DNA from: Candidatus Micrarchaeota archaeon
GTDB lineage: Archaea; Micrarchaeota; Micrarchaeia; Norongarragalinales; SBBD01
Direction: 5' to 3'
NCBI GenBank assembly: GCA_043806595.1
Contig: JAZDGU010000033.1
Location: 1 to 33,794 of the forward strand
DNA length: 33,794 nt
Position numbers and translations under genes: made by a program. Positions 8,253 through 16,765 of the stretch are shown one piece after another. The stretch's first letter is position 1, and every line of letters starts with the position of its first letter. Under the pieces are notes generated by a model. It saw only the letters and a list, made by a program, of their open reading frames with translations. It ran no database searches and had not been told where the DNA came from.

Positions 8253-9197
8253 TTAAAAGACGTAGGCCCGCGCCCCCGGCGGCTTTGCAAAAGGGCTCAC
8301 GTCCTCGATGCGCTCGAACCCGCAAAGGAAGCGCACCATGCGCTCGATGCCGAATCCAGCCCCGGCGGAAGGCGAAAGCAGCCCCTGCCGCGCGGCCTCG
8401 AGGTAGCATGCGTAAGGGGCAAGGTCCATGGCCTTGCGCCTCATCCTCTCCACGATGCGGCCGTACTCGTGCTCGCGCTCGCCGCCGGAAAGCGCTTCGC
8501 CGAAGCCCTCGGGGTAGATTAGGTCATAGTTGGCGTAGTGGCCCGGCCTTGCGGCGTCCTCCCTGTCGTAGAACTCGCGCTCGTGGTCTAGCACCCACGC
8601 GGGCGCGCTGATTGAACGGGAGAACTCCGCCTCCCAGCCTTTGCCGAACTCTGCCTCGAGCTCGCCCGTGGAGCGCACCGCGAACGGCGCGCAGGGCAGG
8701 ACAAGCCTGCGGCCGACCGACTCCAGCTCCGCGGCGCATTCGCGCATGACCGCGGAAAAGACGAGGAGGAACAGGTCTTCCGTGAGCGACATGGCTTCCG
8801 CGGCCCCCGCCCCCCTCATCTCGAAGTCCGCTTGCGTGAACTCCAGCAGGTGCCTGCCCGTGCTCGCCCGCTCCGGCCGCTCGAGGCGCACGTTCGGCGA
8901 GATTATGAAGAGCCTCCCGGCGCCCGGGGCCGCGAGCGCGAGCTGCTTGTGCAGGATCATGCTCTTCGTCAGCTGGAACCTCGAGCCGCAATAGTCGATT
9001 TCCGCGTCGGCGACGCCGTGGTTGAGGGGGTCGGTTATCGGCGGCACTATGACGGGCAGGAGCTGGGCGAAGCCGCGGCCGTGCAGGAAGGCCGTCGTCT
9101 CGCGAAGCACGACGCTCTGCACCGCGAGCGCAGAGGACAGCCGCGCGCCGCGAAGCTTGCGCGACTGGGCTGAAACCAAAACAGGAACGGATTCCAT
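8253..9197 (-). CDS. asnA: Archaeal ammonia-dependent asparagine synthetase A (AsnRS-like, no anticodon domain)
   Basis: PITDPL, LTKSMILHKQ, SPNVRLE, TGRHLLEFTQADFE, REFYDRED, NYDLIYPEGFGEALSGGERE and SAGAGFGIER. Confidence 0.92.
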   Translation of the reverse strand: MESVPVLVSAQSRKLRGARLSSALAVQSVVLRETTAFLHGRGFAQLLPVIVPPITDPLNHGVADAEIDYCGSRFQLTKSMILHKQLALAAPGAGRLFIISPNVRLERPERASTGRHLLEFTQADFEMRGAGAAEAMSLTEDLFLLVFSAVMRECAAELESVGRRLVLPCAPFAVRSTGELEAEFGKGWEAEFSRSISAPAWVLDHEREFYDREDAARPGHYANYDLIYPEGFGEALSGGEREHEYGRIVERMRRKAMDLAPYACYLEAARQGLLSPSAGAGFGIERMVRFLCGFERIEDVSPFAKPPGARAYVF

Positions 9198-9205
9198 GGG
9201 GAGGA

Positions 9206-9308
9206 CACCTCGGTGAATGGTTCCGCGCCGGCGGCAATATAATATTTTCTCCGAAAAAAGTGAAAAAAATTGAAAAACAAAGCTATAAATAGCAGTAAAT
9301 ATGAAAAA
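9206..9308. promoter_or_regulatory. Divergent asnA/lrp promoter region with phased GAAAAA tracts
   Basis: TATAAATA at 9284-9291 (about 24 nt before the lrp ATG); AATATAATATT at 9236-9246 and GAGGTG (minus strand, 9206-9211) for asnA; GAAAAA at 9253, 9262, 9272 and 9303. Confidence 0.6.
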
Positions 9309-9314
9309 TTATCC

Positions 9315-9791
9315 ATGCCGAAAACTGCGCTGGACGAGAAGGACTCGGCGATACTGCGCGAGCTCGAGCGCGATGCCTCGCAGACGACCAAGCAGCTCGC
9401 GCGCAGGCTCGGGCTGACCATGACGACGGTGCACAACCGAGTCTCCGGGATGGAAAAGGCGGGCGTCATACGCGGCTACAAGGCGATCGCCGACCCCGGG
9501 AAGTCCGGCAGGCCGGTTTCGGCGTACATCCACGTGGCGGTCAGCTACCCCAGCAGGAGGTTCTCGCAGCAGGAGACGGCGGCGAGGATCGCGGAATTCC
9601 ATGAAGTCGAGGAGGCCGCGATAGTCACCGGCGACACCGACATCCTCGTCAAGGTCAGGACTGCAAGCACGGAGGCGCTCAACGGGTTCATCACGCGCAA
9701 GCTGCGCGCCGTCGAGGGCGTGGACAAGACGTTCACGCTCGTGGTCCTCCAGGAGTTCGATTGCCGCGGCAAGGAAGCCGTGCTGCGGTAG
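9315..9791 (+). CDS. Lrp/AsnC family transcriptional regulator
   Basis: LDEKDSAILRELERDAS..KQLARRLGL..TTVHNRV..ME..GVIRGY HTH, plus a RAM domain (VTGDTDILVKV). Start at ATG 9315. Confidence 0.95.
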   Translation: MPKTALDEKDSAILRELERDASQTTKQLARRLGLTMTTVHNRVSGMEKAGVIRGYKAIADPGKSGRPVSAYIHVAVSYPSRRFSQQETAARIAEFHEVEEAAIVTGDTDILVKVRTASTEALNGFITRKLRAVEGVDKTFTLVVLQEFDCRGKEAVLR

Positions 9792-9842
9792 GACATCGGC
9801 GGGAACGGAATCCCCGCTGCGGCGCGCGCCGACCGAAACGCG

Positions 9843-9873
9843 TAAATACTAGTAACTACTAACTATTAGTTAC
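9843..9873 (+). promoter_or_regulatory. TATA-like box plus palindromic operator candidate GTAACTA-N8-TAGTTAC
   Basis: TAAATA at 9843-9848; perfect 7-bp inverted repeat at 9852-9858 and 9867-9873. Confidence 0.6.
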
Positions 9874-9900
9874 ATATTTGCATCGTTGGGGGCAATCGGT

Positions 9901-9996
9901 ATGGAAGAGGAAATGCTGTGGTGGCTGCTTGGGGCGGTCGTCGTGGGCAAGGTAATATTCAATCCCGGCGGCGACTGCATCCCGATGCGGCCGTGA
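9901..9996 (+). CDS. Putative 31-aa small membrane peptide
   Basis: MEEEMLWWLLGAVVVGKVIFNPGGDCIPMRP: hydrophobic core, downstream of a promoter/operator, and fills an otherwise empty intergenic gap. Confidence 0.45.
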   Translation: MEEEMLWWLLGAVVVGKVIFNPGGDCIPMRP

Positions 9997-10025
9997 GAAA
10001 AGGCAAATCTCAAGCAGGATAAGAG

Positions 10026-10922
10026 TCAGATGCTAAGCAGCCTGCGGTATGCCGAGAAGCGCGCGTCGATGTCCTTCTGCTTGATGTTCACGAGCCGGTG
10101 CACGCCGAAGTCCTCTATCGCGAAAGCGCCCATGATGGTGCCGTAGGCGACGGCCTCCTTGAGCGTCTTCTCGTCCGTCTTGCCGGAACGCGCGACGTGG
10201 CCGAAGAACCCGCCCGCGAAGGAATCCCCGGCGCCCGTGGGGTCGACGACGTTAGGCATGGGAAACGCGGGAAGCGGCAGGACGACGTCGTCCTTGAAGA
10301 GAATCGAGCCGTTCTCTCCCTTCTTGATGACCACGACCTGCGGGCCCCAGTCGTGTATCTGGCGGGCGCACTTGAAGAGGTTGGCCTGCCTGCAGAGCAT
10401 GCGCGCCTCGATGTCGTTCAGCAGCATGCCGTCGACCTCGGAGATGGTCTTGTGGAGCTTGTCGCGCTGCGTCTCGATGTAGAATTCTATGGTGTCCATG
10501 AGGATGAACTTCGGCCGCTCGCAACCGCGGATGACCTCGAGCTGCTTCTCGGGCTCGAGGGTGCCGAGGTAGAGGTAGTCCGGGGAACGCAGCTCGTCGG
10601 GGACCTCGGGGGAATAGTCTAGGTAGACGTTCAGCTCCGTCGCGTGCACCTTGCGCGCGTAGAGATCGTAGGAATACTCCGAGTCGAAGAACATGGACTT
10701 CCCCTTCAGCTTCTGCACGCCCCGGATGTCGATGCCGCGGCCCTGCAGAAGCCTGAGGTGCTGCTCCGGGAAGTCGCGGCCGACGGCGCCCATTATCGCG
10801 ACGTCCGTGAAATGCGAGGCGCTGAGGGAGAAGAACGTCGCCGCGCCGCCGAGCGTGCGCTCGACTGTCTTGAAGGGCGTGCGCGTGGTGTCCAGTGCGA
10901 TGCTTCCTATGCCGAGTATCAA
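10026..10922 (-). CDS. PfkB family carbohydrate/nucleoside kinase
   Basis: GSIALD..RTPF, LGGAA, GAVGRDF, NDIEAR, VIKKGENG and VVDPTGAGDSFAGG. Probable TTG start at 10922. Confidence 0.92.
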   Translation of the reverse strand: MILGIGSIALDTTRTPFKTVERTLGGAATFFSLSASHFTDVAIMGAVGRDFPEQHLRLLQGRGIDIRGVQKLKGKSMFFDSEYSYDLYARKVHATELNVYLDYSPEVPDELRSPDYLYLGTLEPEKQLEVIRGCERPKFILMDTIEFYIETQRDKLHKTISEVDGMLLNDIEARMLCRQANLFKCARQIHDWGPQVVVIKKGENGSILFKDDVVLPLPAFPMPNVVDPTGAGDSFAGGFFGHVARSGKTDEKTLKEAVAYGTIMGAFAIEDFGVHRLVNIKQKDIDARFSAYRRLLSI

Positions 10923-10938
10923 ACCCCAACGCACCCTT

Positions 10939-12264
10939 TCAGGCCTCGAATTCGTCGCCGAGCCGCGGAACGAAGACGTCAAGGCGCTTTTTCATCTTTT
11001 CGGCGAGGTTCTCGACGGCCTGCGCGAACTCCAGCGACTTCTGCTCCTCGCCGTGGATGACGAACACCTTCTCCAGCGAGGGCAGGGCGCGGACGACGGA
11101 GAGCAGCTCGCGGCTGTCGGCGTGCGCCGAAAGGTGGGCCTCCTCGACCTTGAGCCTGACCTCGATCTCCTGGCCGTGGACGCTGATGCTGCGCCTGCCG
11201 TCCTGCAGCTGCCTGCCGACGGTGTTCTCCGCCTGGAAGCCGGAAAAGACGAGCTTGTTCTTGGGGTCGGAAGCGAGCGCCTTGAGGTAGGAAAGCGAGG
11301 GCCCGCCGTTGAGCATGCCGCTCGGGGCGACGATGACGCACTTGCCGCCCTCGAGGACGTCGCTCCTGTCCTTCCTCTCGGACTCCTTGTAGAAGGGGCT
11401 CTTGAACGGGTCGTCGTCGCTGGTGAGAATCCTGCGCTTGACCTCGTCCTTGAGGTTGATGGCGTTGTGGCGGTAGATGCGCAGAGCCTTCTTGACCATG
11501 CCGTCGATGTAGATGGGCACGCGCTCGAGCTTGCCGCTGCGCATGTAGGACTCCAGTAGGAACAGCACCTCCTGGCCGCGGCCGATGGCGAACGACGGGA
11601 TGAGCACCTTGCCGCCCTTGTCGAGAGTCTCCTGGATGGTCGAAACTAGGCGGTTCGCGGTGTCCTTGGAGGGCTCGTGCAAATCCGCGCGCCCGCCGTA
11701 CGTGGACTCAATGACGAGTATCTCGGCGTCGAGGCCCTGCAGGTCGGCCGGGTCCAGCAGCCGCGACGAGCGGAGGCTGACGTCGCCCGTGTAGAGAAGG
11801 CGCTTGCCGTCCTGCAGCTCGACCATGGAGGCGCCGAGGATGTGCCCTGCAGGACGGAGCCTTGCGGGGGCGTCAGCGGACTGCTGGCCGTACTCGAGGA
11901 TTTCCGTACGCTTGAGGAAGGCCTCGGCCTGCTTCTGGCCGTACGGAGCCCTCTCGCCGGAATCCTTGGCAATGGCGAGATAGTCGGAAATCAGCAGCTG
12001 CGCGAGGTCGCGCGTGGGCTTGGTGAGCGACACCCTTCCGTGGAAGCCAAGGCCGTAGAGCGCCGGCAGGTAGCCCGAGTGGTCGAGGTGGGCGTGCGAG
12101 AGCACCGCCGCATCCAGGCGCCGGGCGATGCGCGCGTCGACCAGCGGGTATTCGTCGCGGTCGCCGATCTTCACCCCGCAGTCGAGCAGGACGCTTTTTT
12201 TCCCCTCGGCTAGCACGCAGCTCCGGCCGACCTCGCGGGCGGCCCCAAGGAAGCGCAGACGCAT
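10939..12264 (-). CDS. beta-CASP metallo-beta-lactamase ribonuclease (aCPSF-like, no N-terminal KH domains)
   Basis: FLGAAREVGRS, LLDCG, SHAHLDHSG, AGHILG, YTGD, ESTYG, GRGQE, SGMLNGG, LSAHAD and IHGE. Confidence 0.93.
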   Translation of the reverse strand: MRLRFLGAAREVGRSCVLAEGKKSVLLDCGVKIGDRDEYPLVDARIARRLDAAVLSHAHLDHSGYLPALYGLGFHGRVSLTKPTRDLAQLLISDYLAIAKDSGERAPYGQKQAEAFLKRTEILEYGQQSADAPARLRPAGHILGASMVELQDGKRLLYTGDVSLRSSRLLDPADLQGLDAEILVIESTYGGRADLHEPSKDTANRLVSTIQETLDKGGKVLIPSFAIGRGQEVLFLLESYMRSGKLERVPIYIDGMVKKALRIYRHNAINLKDEVKRRILTSDDDPFKSPFYKESERKDRSDVLEGGKCVIVAPSGMLNGGPSLSYLKALASDPKNKLVFSGFQAENTVGRQLQDGRRSISVHGQEIEVRLKVEEAHLSAHADSRELLSVVRALPSLEKVFVIHGEEQKSLEFAQAVENLAEKMKKRLDVFVPRLGDEFEA

Positions 12265-12270
12265 AGGCTA

Positions 12271-12681
12271 TCAGCCGGCCTTCTTGGGGCGCTGGGGCTC
12301 CGCGGAAACGGCGAACTTCTGGCCGGAAATCGGCGCGGGTACCCCGATGGCGAAGGAAAGCAGCGTTCCCGCGACCATGCCCGTGTGCGTGACGGAGTTG
12401 AGCATCTCCTCGGCGAAGGCGGGCTCGAGCTTCTTGGTCTTCTTCCAGTCCTCCACGATGCCCGAGAGCTTCTTCCCGTCGCCGTCGAAGAACAGGACGC
12501 CCTGCATGCGGATGAACGCGCGCTTGGGCATGTACTCGAGGACGTACGAGTAGGAGACTTGGAGGAGCTGGCCCTTCAACTCCATGTCCACGACTGACAC
12601 GTCCAAATTGAAGCCCTTGAAGTCCATGTCGTCCGACGACTTCTCGGCGGACACGCTGACGATCTTCCCTCCGACTATCAA
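12271..12681 (-). CDS. Archaeal hypothetical protein (possible SecB-like fold)
   Basis: Codon style like neighbouring genes; 6-nt gap to the RNase gene; beta-rich N-terminal half then helices ending GVPAPI. Start is TTG 12681 or GTG 12705. The fold is a guess. Confidence 0.65.
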   Translation of the reverse strand: MIVGGKIVSVSAEKSSDDMDFKGFNLDVSVVDMELKGQLLQVSYSYVLEYMPKRAFIRMQGVLFFDGDGKKLSGIVEDWKKTKKLEPAFAEEMLNSVTHTGMVAGTLLSFAIGVPAPISGQKFAVSAEPQRPKKAG

Positions 12682-12771
12682 GCCAATGCACCCTCCTTCC
12701 TCCACTTCAGGTAAAATCAGGAAAAGGCATTGTGGAGCCGCGCGTTTTTATGCCTTCCGGGAGAATAGAGG

Positions 12772-14466
12772 ATGATGGAGCTTTTCGGAGGGAAGACTAG
12801 GACGGCGCTGGCGGCCGCCGCCGCGCTAATGTTCGCCGTGTACGTCATCCCGCGCGCGCTCAACGCAGTGGTCCCGCCCGACCTCCTCTTCCTGCCCGTG
12901 CTGCTGTTCTTCTCGTTCTACCGCATGCTCATCGCGTACGCGCTCTCGCTCGTGTTCTCGCTCGCCTACGGCTACTACGCGGCGACGAACGAGGGCCTTT
13001 CCAGGATACTTCTCCCCGCGCTCGACGTCCTCCAGTCCGTGCCCATCCTCGGATTCTTCCCCGCCGCGGTCTTCGTGCTCATCAACACCTTCCAGGGAAG
13101 CAGCATCGGAATCGAGCTCGCCGCGATATTCCTCATATTCACGAGCATGGCATGGAACATGACCTTCGGGGTATACGAGAGCATAACCGCGATACCCCGC
13201 GAGCTGCGATATGCGGTGGGGTCGTTCGGGATGAAGAGGTTCAGGAACTTCAAGGCATTGCACCTGCCGGCGTGCATCCCCAAGCTGGTCTACAACAGCA
13301 CGGTGTCGTGGGCCAACGGCTGGTATTTCCTCATCGCGAGCGAAATCATCTCCCTCGGAAGCGCCCGCCACACGCTCCCCGGAATCGGGAGCTACCTCGT
13401 CGAGACCACGGCGCGCGGGGACATACCGCACGCCCTTGCGGGCTTCGGGCTGCTGGTCCTGCTCATCCTCGGCATGGAGTTCCTGCCCTGGCGGCCGCTT
13501 TCCGTGTGGTCCGAGAAGTTCCGCTACGACTCCGTCTCGGGAGCGAGGCCGAGCTCGCGCGTCTACCGGTATGTCAAGTGGTCGCCCTTCTTCATAGGCG
13601 CGAGGAAGGGGATATCCTCGTGGTTCGAAGCCGTGACCGACGACCTCGAATCCGTGGCGGACTGGCTCGACGCGGCCTCGAAGGAAGGGAAGTACAGGCT
13701 CACGTTCCGCGCGGTCAAGTTCGGGGCCGCGGCGCTGGCGGTCGTGGTGGTCGGGGGAATCGTCTTCGAGGTCGCGAAGCTCGCGGCGTCCTTCTTCCTC
13801 GAGCCGCTGCCGGAGAAGGCCTACCTCATCCCGGCGGCGCTCGCCGCGTCTTTCGCCAAGCTGCTGGTCGCCTACGCGATCTCGCTTCTCTGGATCCTTC
13901 CCACCGTAGCGCTGATGGCGAAGCGCTCGGCGCTCGAATCCAAGCTTATGCCCTTCTTCGAGGTGGTCGCCGCGATACCCACGACGGCGCTATTCCCGTT
14001 CATGGCGCTCGTCGCGGTAGGGCTCGCCGGAGACTTCACGCTTGCTACGATCGTGCTGATACTGACGGGCATGCAGTGGTACCTGCTGTTCAACGCGCTC
14101 GCGGGTGCGAGGTCGCTGCCCAAGGACATGAACGAGGTTGCGCGCGCCTTCAGGATCGACGGGAGCCTGTACTGGCGGAAGGTGCTGGTGCCGGCGATGG
14201 TGCCGTCGCTGATTACGGGCAGCGTGACCGCGTTCGGCGGGGGATGGAACATACTCGTGGTTGCGGAATACCTTGAATACGGCGACAGGACGTTCACGAG
14301 CTTCGGCATAGGGCAGCTTTTAAGCGAGGCCACGTACAAGCTCGGCGACATGAGGCTCATCGCGCTGACGCTCATCGGGATGGTTTCAGTAATCTTCGTG
14401 ATCAACCACTTCGTATGGAGGAGGCTTTACTCGTGGGCGAGCAGGAGGTTCGCCGTCGACTATTGA
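12772..14466 (+). CDS. NitT/TauT-family ABC transporter permease (duplicated TM domain)
   Basis: LDVLQSVPILGFFP, FTSMAWNMTF, LPACIPKLVYNS..SWANGWYFL..SE; second repeat with GMQWYLLFN and GGGWN..VVAE. Confidence 0.92.
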   Translation: MMELFGGKTRTALAAAAALMFAVYVIPRALNAVVPPDLLFLPVLLFFSFYRMLIAYALSLVFSLAYGYYAATNEGLSRILLPALDVLQSVPILGFFPAAVFVLINTFQGSSIGIELAAIFLIFTSMAWNMTFGVYESITAIPRELRYAVGSFGMKRFRNFKALHLPACIPKLVYNSTVSWANGWYFLIASEIISLGSARHTLPGIGSYLVETTARGDIPHALAGFGLLVLLILGMEFLPWRPLSVWSEKFRYDSVSGARPSSRVYRYVKWSPFFIGARKGISSWFEAVTDDLESVADWLDAASKEGKYRLTFRAVKFGAAALAVVVVGGIVFEVAKLAASFFLEPLPEKAYLIPAALAASFAKLLVAYAISLLWILPTVALMAKRSALESKLMPFFEVVAAIPTTALFPFMALVAVGLAGDFTLATIVLILTGMQWYLLFNALAGARSLPKDMNEVARAFRIDGSLYWRKVLVPAMVPSLITGSVTAFGGGWNILVVAEYLEYGDRTFTSFGIGQLLSEATYKLGDMRLIALTLIGMVSVIFVINHFVWRRLYSWASRRFAVDY

Positions 14467-14479
14467 AGGGGAAAACCCC

Positions 14480-15157
14480 ATGCCAGCGCGAATTCCGAGG
14501 ACGAGGGGGGAAACCGCGGCTTTCGCGGCATTCAAGAAATTGCGGGAGCAGCACAGGAGGGCTTCAGAATTGCATGATGCCAACAAAGCCGCGCTCGCCG
14601 CCGCGGCGGAGGAGGAGGGAAGAGCCGCCCCGGGATGGGATTACGAATCAAAGAGAAACGACAGGATAAACGCCGAACTCGACCGCACGGATTCGGCGCG
14701 GGCCCTGGCCCGCAAGACGCTGCAGCTCTCCGCATACCGGCTGCCTTGGAAGTTGCCGAACAGGAAGAGGGCCGCGGATTTCCTCGGGGGCATGCACGGA
14801 TTCCACACCGACGACGCGAAGTGGAGCGCTGGAGGGCAGGGAATAACTACGGGCAGCCTGCGCTGGGGGGTTTTAGGAGGCGAACTGAGCCTGAAGCTGG
14901 ACAAGGGCGGGGCCCTTGAGATACTGAAAACGGATTCCCATGGGAGGGCGCACCTGATCACCGTCGCTGAAAAGGCGGGCATGCTAGAGATTTCGAGGAC
15001 GTCGCAGGCAAGCCAGGAGGGAGGCCAAAACCGCCGCGAAATCTCAGAGTTCGAGGAAAGGCTGAAAAGGCACTTCCGCGTGCCGCCGTACGATGGAGGC
15101 ATGCTCCGCAGGGTTGCGGGCTGGATCCGGGGGAAAGCGGGGCCGAAGGGAGGCTAG
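14480..15157 (+). CDS. Hypothetical basic protein
   Basis: A 225-aa ORF that fills the gap between the permease and PINA; no motif recognised. Confidence 0.55.
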   Translation: MPARIPRTRGETAAFAAFKKLREQHRRASELHDANKAALAAAAEEEGRAAPGWDYESKRNDRINAELDRTDSARALARKTLQLSAYRLPWKLPNRKRAADFLGGMHGFHTDDAKWSAGGQGITTGSLRWGVLGGELSLKLDKGGALEILKTDSHGRAHLITVAEKAGMLEISRTSQASQEGGQNRREISEFEERLKRHFRVPPYDGGMLRRVAGWIRGKAGPKGG

Positions 15158-16585
15158 CTACCTGCGCCTGCCCCACTTCTGCCTTCCCTGGAACCTGCGG
15201 CCGGAGTCCTCGCGGTCGGGGCGCGGCTGCTCGCGCGCGCCCAGCACCGGGAACACGACGGTCTCCTCGCCCCACTTGTATATCTCGAACTCCGTCTGCG
15301 AATTCTCGAAGTCGCGCACCTGTATGACCGGCCTCGCGAGGTCGGCCTCGCGCATGCCGTGCGGCGTCTTGATGACGAACTCGAGGTCGTATACCTTCGC
15401 CACCCTGCCCTTCTGTATGAAGATGATGGTGTCGATGACCTGCGGGATGACGCCGAGCTCTATCTTGCCTATGAAGCGCTGGACCGCGTCGATGGCCTTG
15501 CTGGAGTGCACCACGCCGATCATGCCGATGCCCGCGAGGCGCAGGTCGGTGAACGTCTTGAAGTCGTCCAGCCTGCGCACCTCGTCGAACAGGGTGTAGT
15601 CCGGCCTGACGAGCAGGAGCACGTCCGCGGCCTGGGCGAACGAGCCCTCCAGCGGCGCGTACTGCGTGATCTCCTTGCTCACCTGCAGGTCGCGCGGGGA
15701 CTCGAGCGTCTTGACGATCTTCTTCTTCGACGCGTAGAACTCGCCGAGCGCGGTCACGAAGGTGCTCTTGCCGCTGCCGGGGGGGCCGGCGACGAGGATG
15801 CCTTCGGCGCGCAACTCAAGCCGGTCCTGCAGCTTCTGCGAAATCGCGTAGTCCTCGAGCCTGAGCTTGGTGATGGGCCGCACGATCGTCATCTCCGACG
15901 ATTCCGAGAACGGCGCCTTGGTGTAGGTCACGCGGTAGTCCTGTATCTGGAGGACCGTCGCGCCCTTCTTGTCTATCTCGATGAAGCTGCGCTCCTCGCG
16001 CTTGCAGAACTCGACGGCCTCGCGCGCCATGCGCTCGAGGTCGGCGCGGGTAAGCGGGTGCGAGCCGACCTCGCGGAGCTCGAACTGCCCCGGCAGGCCG
16101 ATTTTCGCCTTGGGCAGGCACCTCTCCTTGAGGTGCACGGAAAGCGTGTTCTTGTCCGAGAAATACTTCTCGAAGGATAGGCGGGCGGGCTCGACAATGG
16201 GCGCGAGGTACTCGACCTTGAGGCCCTCGGCCATCGCGACCTCCCGCTGAACCAGGTCCGTCGTGAGCAGCACGGCCTTGAGGTCCTTGGCGAGGCCGCG
16301 TATCTTGCTGTCGATTTCGCCGAAGCGCGCCCTCGCGATTTCATCGGCGTTCGGCCGCTCGCCCTCGAACGAGAGCTCCGTCCTGCCCTCCTCGGCGAGC
16401 TTCTGCATCTTCTTGAGCTCGTTCAGTCCGGCAAAGCCTACCTCGCGGCCGACGTTCGCCTGGTACTCCAGTTCCGCCAGCGAGCTCCTGCTGACGACAA
16501 CCCTCGTCTTCTCCGCTGACTTCGCGACGAGCTCGCTAATGCGCCCGTCTATCAGCACCCCCGTATCGGGGACTATGGTCTTCAT
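15158..16585 (-). CDS. PIN-domain/PilT-type ATPase (PINA family), no C-terminal KH domain
   Basis: IVPDTGVLIDG PIN domain; AEGILVAGPPGSGKST Walker A; KTLESPRDL; LLVRPDYTLFDEVR; DLRLAGIGMIGVVH; PHGMREADLARPV. AGGTGA RBS upstream. Confidence 0.92.
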   Translation of the reverse strand: MKTIVPDTGVLIDGRISELVAKSAEKTRVVVSRSSLAELEYQANVGREVGFAGLNELKKMQKLAEEGRTELSFEGERPNADEIARARFGEIDSKIRGLAKDLKAVLLTTDLVQREVAMAEGLKVEYLAPIVEPARLSFEKYFSDKNTLSVHLKERCLPKAKIGLPGQFELREVGSHPLTRADLERMAREAVEFCKREERSFIEIDKKGATVLQIQDYRVTYTKAPFSESSEMTIVRPITKLRLEDYAISQKLQDRLELRAEGILVAGPPGSGKSTFVTALGEFYASKKKIVKTLESPRDLQVSKEITQYAPLEGSFAQAADVLLLVRPDYTLFDEVRRLDDFKTFTDLRLAGIGMIGVVHSSKAIDAVQRFIGKIELGVIPQVIDTIIFIQKGRVAKVYDLEFVIKTPHGMREADLARPVIQVRDFENSQTEFEIYKWGEETVVFPVLGAREQPRPDREDSGRRFQGRQKWGRRR

Positions 16586-16765
16586 TCCCTTCTTTCACCT
16601 ATGCACAGCTGGCGTCCTTGAATGCACTGAAAATCAGACTTGGAATCTTAAATTTCGTATGCCAAACGCCACTGAACCGGAATCGGTAGAAAAACCGAAT
16701 CCGTGACATGGCATATGCGCGGGCTTCTATATATACCTATTGATTTGCTCCGCCAAACAGCCAGG

